From Ramlibacter sp. (lineage in GTDB: Bacteria; Pseudomonadota; Gammaproteobacteria; Burkholderiales; Burkholderiaceae_C), in contig JAUYOG010000009.1 of NCBI GenBank assembly GCA_030695945.1, positions 1,687 through 65,686 on the forward strand: a stretch of 64,000 bases of DNA, given 5' to 3'. Shown here one piece after another: positions 58,501 to 64,000 of the stretch. Below the pieces are notes generated by a model. The model was not told where the DNA came from. It did no database searches and saw nothing but the letters and a program-made list of their open reading frames with translations. The position numbers and the translations under genes were made by a program. The first letter of the stretch is position 1. Each line of letters starts with the position of its first letter.

Positions 58501-58749
58501 GGTGGAGCGGATCTCGTACACGCCCGAGATGCTTTGCAGCGACTTCTCGATGCGGTTGATGATCTCGCGCTCCACCGTCTCCGGCGCCGCGCCGGGGTAG
58601 GGGATCTCGACCGAGAGCACCGGCTGCTCGACGTCCGGGATCTCGTTGACGCGCAGCTTGCCCAGCGCGAGCAGGCCCAGGCACATCAGGCCCAGGATGA
58701 CGACCACGGTCGCGACCGGGCGCTTGATGCTGAAGTCGGAGAGGAACAT
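55567..58749 (-). CDS. RND efflux transporter permease (AcrB family)
   Basis: SIKRPV, IGVLIDDAIVVRENI, GLVAKNAILL, RLRPILMTT. Confidence 0.96.
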   Translation of the reverse strand: MFLSDFSIKRPVATVVVILGLMCLGLLALGKLRVNEIPDVEQPVLSVEIPYPGAAPETVEREIINRIEKSLQSISGVYEIRSTAKDSNASIIVIFNFNKNMIEAAEEVRNAISTVRYKLPVEMREPAIRRRDPGSFPIMDIALSSTSQSHAAISRLAEDVLADKFRGIDGAAIVTVTGSLKRELSVLLRADRLREYNVSVAEVVAALREQNTTAPVGKVSGPLRDQSIRLVGRIESPAEFAQIIVKRRGDEIVRLGQLASTVDGFAELSSFSVRSAHPNVSISVTRARDASTVSVAAKARKLVAEINKELPQGTRLEVTRDGGVDAQDNLNNVIHALTLGAMLTIFVVYVFLNSWRSTLITALSLPTSAITAFIAVWLCGFTLNLMTLLGLSLAIGVLIDDAIVVRENIVRHMERGADRLTAASKGTAEIGLAVAATTFSIIAIFIPVAFMPGVAGEWFRPFALTVACSVLVSLFISFTLDPMLSAYWGDPVGHHRRERTGVGLHLARFNTWFDHQADRYGNVIAWALHHRRWMTLAAVGSFAGAIGLHAAFGGSSFLPVQDAGMIAVEVRTPSSASLEYTRLKVEKAAELARTLPEAKATNSVVNAGGGRVYVDLGRTTERDRKASAIAVDLRRLMAQLVGAEYVVMDDLNNGTRKPVQIQFYGQDARQLLAITNAYMERLRQVPGAVDVGLSEQSPKDELKIELNRGLANSLGISVNDAAQALRVAFAGVEVGDWVDPTGESRDVAVRLDPRDRVDAENIERLPIAVANSNMVVPLNQIATITMGEGPAQIQHLGGKRMIAVSANAQGRASGDVTQDAIKLAQRMEFPPGYGVELGGAGKDQKEVFGAMGTALVMGVGLMYLILVVQFGSFTAPMSVMLSLPLSLIGVVLALLATRSTLNLMSFIGIIMLMGLVAKNAILLLDAARKREAEGMDREDALMAAGRSRLRPILMTTFALIAGMLPVAIGLGEGGDFYRPLAIAIIGGTITSTVLTLLVVPAFYDSIEIARDRMFAKFRRRQAQGNPVAAFVLTAVEAMAALLMVRGLYRAVLRRAVPRRA

Positions 58750-58752
58750 GGC

Positions 58753-59904
58753 TCAGCGCACCTGAACGGGGCTGCTGGCCGCGGCCGACGCGGTGGCGGC
58801 CACGGCCGGGGTCGTCGCCTGCACCACCTGGCCATCCTTGAGCGTGGCGATCGGGTGGCGCAACAGCCGGTCGCCGTCGGCCAGCCCGGCCAGCACCACG
58901 TAGTCGCCGCGGCGCGGGTCGCGCTCGCCCACCGTCAACGCCACCTTCTGCAGCGCGTTGCCGTTCACGCGCCAGGCCCAGGCCTTGTCGCCTTCGCGCA
59001 CCAGCGCTGAAGCCGGGATCACCAGCGCGGTGGCGCTCGCCGCCTCCACGCGCCCTTCGGCGTACAGCCCGGCCAGGCGTGCCGGCGCCTCGCCGGCGAT
59101 GTCCACCAGCACTTCCACCTGGCGGGTGGTCGGGTTGGCCGTGGGGCTCACCAGGCGGATGCGCCCGGCGAAGTCCTGGTTGCCATAGCCGTTGACGCGG
59201 AAGCTCACGGCCTGCCCGGCGCGCACGGACTGGATCGCGTCGGACGACACCAGGCCTTCGAAGCGCAGGCTGCGCGGGTCCATCACCTTCACCAGCTCCT
59301 TGCCGATCTGCGCCGTGTCGCCGGCAGAGGCCTTGCGCTCGCTCACGATGCCGTCGAAGGGGGCGCGCACTTCGGTGCGCTGCAATTGCTGGCGTGCCTG
59401 CACCACGCGGGCCTTGGCTGCCGACAGGTCGCTTTGCGTCGAGTTCCGGCGGATCTCCGCGTCCTCCAGCTGCTGCGCCGTGACCATGCCGGAGGCACGC
59501 AAGGTGTTCAGGCGCTGTAGCTGGCGCTGGGCCTGGTCGAAGGCCTGGCCGGCGGCACGCTCCGCTTCCTGCGCGGAAACCAGGCTGTCGCGGATCGACG
59601 TGTCGTCCAGCCGCACCAGCAGGTCGCCGCGCTTGACCGGCTGGCCGCTTTCCTTGAGGACCGCCAGCACGACGGCCGACACCTCGGCGCGCAGGTCGGC
59701 CCGCCGGTCGGGCTGGATGGTGCCTGTGATGAGCGGCCCGGTCGCAACCGACGAGGGCTTGAGGGCGATGACATCCTCCGGCGCGACCAGGAGGGTGGGC
59801 GGCGCCGACGAGGCGGCCTTCGCCTCCGCGTTTGCGCCGCCGCGGTTGCAGCCGGCGAGGGCGAGGGCCATCGAGATCGCCAAAATGATGTGGGACAACG
59901 GCAC
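58753..59904 (-). CDS. RND efflux periplasmic adaptor
   Basis: LAGC lipobox, GQPVKRGDLLVRLD, VRAPFDGIV, GLADGD. Confidence 0.94.
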   Translation of the reverse strand: MPLSHIILAISMALALAGCNRGGANAEAKAASSAPPTLLVAPEDVIALKPSSVATGPLITGTIQPDRRADLRAEVSAVVLAVLKESGQPVKRGDLLVRLDDTSIRDSLVSAQEAERAAGQAFDQAQRQLQRLNTLRASGMVTAQQLEDAEIRRNSTQSDLSAAKARVVQARQQLQRTEVRAPFDGIVSERKASAGDTAQIGKELVKVMDPRSLRFEGLVSSDAIQSVRAGQAVSFRVNGYGNQDFAGRIRLVSPTANPTTRQVEVLVDIAGEAPARLAGLYAEGRVEAASATALVIPASALVREGDKAWAWRVNGNALQKVALTVGERDPRRGDYVVLAGLADGDRLLRHPIATLKDGQVVQATTPAVAATASAAASSPVQVR

Positions 59905-60057
59905 GTGGCCTCCGGGTTCTTATAAGGAGAGAACCCGGGATTATCCGTAAAGCGAACCTTTTGGCTATGGCCGTGCGACGAACTGCAGCAGGGCGCGACA
60001 GGACGCGAAAAAGGCGCGCCGGGCGACGAGCCGTTGCCTGGTGGACAATGTTTCGCA

Positions 60058-60597
60058 ATGGAACCTCTGCGCTTCAACGTCCGACTGGTGGAAACATTTT
60101 CCGAGCCTGCCTTCTCGCAACTGCAGCGCCTGGTCTTTGCCGACGTGCAACGCGAGTCCGATGAACTCGACGCGCTGTTGCGCGCCGAGGCTGCTGCCGA
60201 GGCAATATCCGTGACGCATCCGCCCATGCATCGCCTTGGCGCCTACATCGGCGAGGAGCTGGTGGGCTGGTCCAACGGCTGGATGGAGCGGGGCCGGGTG
60301 TTCTACATGGCCAACAGTGGCGTTGCCGCGGCGCATCGCCGCAAGGGCGTCTACACGGCATTGCTGTCGGCGGTTCGCGATCATGCGTCGTCGCAAGGGG
60401 TCGTCACCCTGCGCTCGCAGCACTCCGTCCTCAACAACGCAGTGATCATCGCCAAGCTGCGCTTCGGCTTCCACATCTGCGGGCTGTCGCAATCGGCGCA
60501 GATGGGAACGCTCGTCGAACTGGTCCATCACCTGTCGCAACCGCGCCGGGAGATATTCCGCGGCCGGGCCATTCCGTTCGTGGCCCGGCCGTCGTAG
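60058..60597 (+). CDS. GNAT family N-acetyltransferase
   Basis: GVAAAHRRKGV acetyl-CoA motif, N.AVI..KLRFGF. Confidence 0.85.
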   Translation: MEPLRFNVRLVETFSEPAFSQLQRLVFADVQRESDELDALLRAEAAAEAISVTHPPMHRLGAYIGEELVGWSNGWMERGRVFYMANSGVAAAHRRKGVYTALLSAVRDHASSQGVVTLRSQHSVLNNAVIIAKLRFGFHICGLSQSAQMGTLVELVHHLSQPRREIFRGRAIPFVARPS

Positions 60598-60601
60598 CCG
60601 C

Positions 60602-61102
60602 TCAGTCCTGGCCGGCCGGCTCGCCGAAGTAGGGCACTCCCGCCTTCAGCTCCTCGTAGACCAGGTAATCGGTGGGCTCCATTCCCAGCGCGCTGTAGGT
60701 TCGCTGGGCGGCGGCATTGTCCTTCTCGACGTAGAGCCGGAACCCGCAGATGCCCGGATCGGCGCGCGCCATGTCGCGCACGAAATCGTAGAGCGCGCGG
60801 TACACGCCCTGGCGGCGCGCGGCGGGCACGATGTATACGCTCTGGATCCACCAGAACAGGCCGTTGCGCCAGTCGCTCCACTCATTGGTGACCATCAGGC
60901 TGCCGACAACGCCGCTGCCCGCTTGTTCCGCGACCACGTAAAAGCCCAGCGACGGGTCGCCCAGCAGGCGCTGCACGCCAGGGTTCACGCGCTCGGGCAG
61001 CAGCGCCTTGCCTTCGGTTTCCAGCGCCATGGCGCTGTTGAAGCGGGCGATCGCGGCGGCATCGCGCGGTTCGGCTTTGCGGATGGTGAGGGCTTGCGTC
61101 AT
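60602..61102 (-). CDS. GNAT family N-acetyltransferase
   Basis: EWSDWRNG.FWWIQSVYI.P.ARRQGV, RLYVEKDN..AQRTY. Confidence 0.92.
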   Translation of the reverse strand: MTQALTIRKAEPRDAAAIARFNSAMALETEGKALLPERVNPGVQRLLGDPSLGFYVVAEQAGSGVVGSLMVTNEWSDWRNGLFWWIQSVYIVPAARRQGVYRALYDFVRDMARADPGICGFRLYVEKDNAAAQRTYSALGMEPTDYLVYEELKAGVPYFGEPAGQD

Positions 61103-61839
61103 TCTTTTTTCCAGTAGCTGTAGGTCCAGGCGGTCTCGAAGCCGGCGCGGCGGTATAGCGCCAGCGCGGGCGCGTTGCTCGCTTCCACCTGCAGGAAGAA
61201 GCGTTCGATGCCGCGCGATCGTGCCTCGCGGGCCAAGGTGGCCAGCACGCGGCCGGCGAGGCCGCGGCCGCGGCAGGCCAGCGCGGTGCGCATGCCGTGC
61301 ACGCTGGCCCAGCCATGGCTGAAGCCGCCCATGCCCGCTGCCACCGTGGCCTCGCCCTCGCGGATGCTCGCGAACAGCGCACCCGGTGCGCGGCTCAACG
61401 TGGCGACGCGGCTCGCGCCGTCCACGGGGTCGAAGCCTTCCCCGACGAACACCGCCGCCCACGCCGTATCGGGCCGCGCTGCGGTCTGCGCGAAAGGGCC
61501 CTGCGACACGTTCATCACGCTGGCGGCAGCCGCGGTCTGCACATGCGTGGGCTTGCCGGCCTCGTAGCCGCGGGCTTGCAGCCGTTCGGCGAACGCGTCG
61601 AAGGCCGGGATGTTCGGCAACCGCCACATCACGGGCAGCCCGCGCGCGGCGTAGCGTGCTTCGATGTCGTCGAGCACGGCCGCATCGGCCGCATCATGCG
61701 CCAGCGGCACCGCGCTGCGGGCCCGGCCGACCGTGCCGGTGTCGAAGGGCAGCAGCCAGCCGGCGATCTCCTCCTGCGCCTGCGGCGATACGGCTGCGAC
61801 GGTGGCGCGCTCGATGGCTTCGATGTCCTGGGCTGTCAT
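61099..61839 (-). CDS. GNAT family N-acetyltransferase
   Basis: RGRGLAG, FLQVEASNAPALALYRRAGF. Confidence 0.9.
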   Translation of the reverse strand: MTAQDIEAIERATVAAVSPQAQEEIAGWLLPFDTGTVGRARSAVPLAHDAADAAVLDDIEARYAARGLPVMWRLPNIPAFDAFAERLQARGYEAGKPTHVQTAAAASVMNVSQGPFAQTAARPDTAWAAVFVGEGFDPVDGASRVATLSRAPGALFASIREGEATVAAGMGGFSHGWASVHGMRTALACRGRGLAGRVLATLAREARSRGIERFFLQVEASNAPALALYRRAGFETAWTYSYWKKE

Positions 61840-62846
61840 GGCGCGCTCGCCGCGCGCTGCTGCGCCGCGGGGAACAGCTTGCCGCGCAGCAGCTGGATCG
61901 CCTGGCCGCGGCGCTGGCTGTCCTGGGACACGGTCGAAGTGATCGCAACCACCATCTCGAGCGGCGGATAGACCCAGACCAGCTGGCCGCCATAGCCGCT
62001 GGCCATGAAGGTCGGGCGGGCGGCGTTGGATGGCACGATCCACCACATGTAGCCGTAAGGCATGGACACCGGCGGGCCGCCGTTGTTTTGCGGGCGGGTG
62101 GCTGCCAGCGCGTAGGCCTCGGGGATCAGCGGCTTGCCGGCCCAGGCGCCCTTTTGCAGGTAGAGCTGCCCCAGCCTGGCCATGTCCGCCGTGCGCATGT
62201 GGAAGCCGCGCTGGTACGAGGGCTCCTGCAGGCCCAGGGGCCCCACGATCTCCTGGCGCGCGTAGTCGGCCAGGGGCATGCCGGCCGCCTTTTCCAGCAC
62301 GGCAACCACCATGGGGATGAGCGCGTTGTCGTAGGCGAATTTTTCGCCGGGCGCGGTGCGCAGCGGCCGCGCCCAGGCCTCGGCGGGGCGCCCGGCCGAT
62401 GCCGTGCCGGTGGGGTCGTTGACTTCGAACCCGGCGGTCATGGTGACGAGGTGCCGCACCTTGATGGCCGCGGCGCGCGGATCGCCGTTCAAGGCGGCCC
62501 ACTCGGGCACGAGGTCCACGACCGGCTGGTCGAGCGATGCGATGCGGCCTTGCCCGATCGCAATGCCGACCAGGGACGTGAGCGCGCTCTTGGCCACCGA
62601 CTGCGCGTCGCGCAGCTTGTCCGGGGTGCCGTCGCGGTAGAACTCATGGACCACGCGGCCCCTCAGCACGACGACGACGCTTTGTACATCGGGCAGGCTG
62701 TCGGTGATGGCCGGGTTGACCCCGTTGAACGCGGCGGCGTCCAGGGCCTGTTCCGCCGCGGACGGGGCGCGCCACTCAGTGTCGGCCCGCGCGGGTGCCG
62801 AGGCCAGGAACAGTCCCACCGCCGCAGCGCAAATAAACCGCTTCAT
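61836..62846 (-). CDS. Serine hydrolase (beta-lactamase/NylB-like family)
   Basis: Signal peptide, SVAK (SxxK), HLVTMTAG, PGEKFAY, YGYMWW, GYGGQ. Confidence 0.9.
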   Translation of the reverse strand: MKRFICAAAVGLFLASAPARADTEWRAPSAAEQALDAAAFNGVNPAITDSLPDVQSVVVVLRGRVVHEFYRDGTPDKLRDAQSVAKSALTSLVGIAIGQGRIASLDQPVVDLVPEWAALNGDPRAAAIKVRHLVTMTAGFEVNDPTGTASAGRPAEAWARPLRTAPGEKFAYDNALIPMVVAVLEKAAGMPLADYARQEIVGPLGLQEPSYQRGFHMRTADMARLGQLYLQKGAWAGKPLIPEAYALAATRPQNNGGPPVSMPYGYMWWIVPSNAARPTFMASGYGGQLVWVYPPLEMVVAITSTVSQDSQRRGQAIQLLRGKLFPAAQQRAASAP

Positions 62847-62879
62847 GGAATTTCCCCGTCGAGACGAGGACTCATCCTA

Positions 62880-64000
62880 CTACCAGGTGTCGATGAATGC
62901 ACCGGAGGGCGGCGCGCCGCGCGTGGCGGATGCCAGCCCGCGCGCGAGCCACGCACGCGTTTGCGCCGGGTCGATCACTGCGTCGATCTCCAGCGTGGCC
63001 GCCATGTTCATGGCCTGGCCGTTCTCGTACTGCCTGGCCACGAGCTTCCCGTACAGCGCGTCGCGCTCGGCGCCGGGCGCGGCGGCCTCCAGCTCCTTGC
63101 GGTAGCCCAGCTTCACCGCGCCTTCCAGGCCCATCGCGCCGAACTCGCCGGTCGGCCACGAGACGATGAAGTCCGGCTCGTGGAAACCGCCGGCCGTCAT
63201 CGCCATCGCGCCCAGGCCATAGCCCTTGCGCAGCACGACGCTGAAGTACGGCACGGCCAGGTGCGCCGCGGCCACGAACATCCGGCTGACGTGGCGCACC
63301 TGCGCTTTCTCCTCGATGGCGGGGCCCACCATGAAGCCCGGCGTGTCCACCAGGCTGACCAGCGGCAAGCCATGCGCGTTGCACAGCTGCATGAAGCGGG
63401 CGGCCTTGTCGGCGGCGTCGGCATCGATCGCGCCGCCCAGGTGCAGCGGGTTGTTGGCCAGCATGCCGACCGGGCGGCCCTCGATGCGCGCGAGCGCCGT
63501 GTGGAGCCCCAGGCCGAACCCGGTGCGCAGCTCCAGCAGCGAGCCGGCGTCCGCGATGCCGGCCATCGCGGCGCGTGTGTCGTAAACGCGCAGGCGGTTT
63601 TCCGGGACGACGTCGCGCAGGGCCGCGACGTCGGGCGCGGCGAAGGACGCCACCGTGCCCTGGAAATAGCCAAGGTACCGGCGCGCCACGGCGACCGCTT
63701 GGGCCTCGTCGTCCACCAGCACGTCGATCACGCCGTTGCCGTGCTGCACCTCGCTCGGGCCGATCTGCTCGGGCGCGTACACGCCCAGCCCGCCGCCTTC
63801 CACCATCGCCGGGCCGCCCATGCCGATGTTGCTGGCGCGGGTGGCGATGATCACGTCGCTGCACCCCAGCAGCGCCGCGTTGCCGGCGAAGCAGCGGCCC
63901 GCCACGATGCCGATCACGGGCACCCGGCCGTTCAGGCGCGCGTAGCTCGCGAACGTGCCGACGTGCAGGCCCGCCACCACCGGCATGTCGGTGTCGCCCG
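62880..64000 (-). CDS. Acyl-CoA carboxylase carboxyltransferase domain (5'-partial)
   Basis: GRCFAGNAA, IGMGGP, LVDTPGFMVG, LRKGYGLG, GAMGLEGAV, IDAVIDP. Confidence 0.9.
   Translation of the reverse strand, partial: GDTDMPVVAGLHVGTFASYARLNGRVPVIGIVAGRCFAGNAALLGCSDVIIATRASNIGMGGPAMVEGGGLGVYAPEQIGPSEVQHGNGVIDVLVDDEAQAVAVARRYLGYFQGTVASFAAPDVAALRDVVPENRLRVYDTRAAMAGIADAGSLLELRTGFGLGLHTALARIEGRPVGMLANNPLHLGGAIDADAADKAARFMQLCNAHGLPLVSLVDTPGFMVGPAIEEKAQVRHVSRMFVAAAHLAVPYFSVVLRKGYGLGAMAMTAGGFHEPDFIVSWPTGEFGAMGLEGAVKLGYRKELEAAAPGAERDALYGKLVARQYENGQAMNMAATLEIDAVIDPAQTRAWLARGLASATRGAPPSGAFIDTW

Noticed and set aside
55718-60058. 1446-aa ORF on the minus strand
   Set aside because: Arg/Gly/Pro-rich alternative-frame shadow of the RND and adaptor genes, typical of high-GC DNA

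Overview
GC-rich betaproteobacterial chromosome segment; protein sequences and gene order look like Comamonadaceae (e.g. Ramlibacter/Variovorax-like; inference). Core genes: atpGDC, lemA with two TPM-domain genes, a Liv-type ABC importer, mreBCD-mrdA, gatCAB, pyrE/xth, a Rep/UvrD helicase, an indolepyruvate:ferredoxin oxidoreductase with an Lrp regulator, GST, TetR-HlyD-ABC export genes, a DAHP synthase, an RND pump, GNATs, a serine hydrolase and a partial acyl-CoA carboxylase. Two accessory loci stand out. (1) A ~7.3 kb islet with no integrase (27355-34676) is bounded by a 24-bp duplication of the AEC transporter 3' end. It encodes an adenylate-forming enzyme fused to a cyanophycin-synthetase-like ATP-grasp with a degenerate Mur domain, an Asp/Gly-rich RTX protein and an orphan NarL/LuxR regulator. 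(2) An arrA-arrB-torD respiratory-arsenate-reductase-like cluster (34689-39975) has no NrfD/ArrC anchor and no ars/arrSR genes. It instead has an EbdC-like DOMON heme lipoprotein and two FNR boxes. Several palindromic repeats sit at operon junctions without breaking translation. No tRNA, rRNA, CRISPR array, transposase or integrase was recognised. All family assignments come from motif recognition by eye, not database searches.
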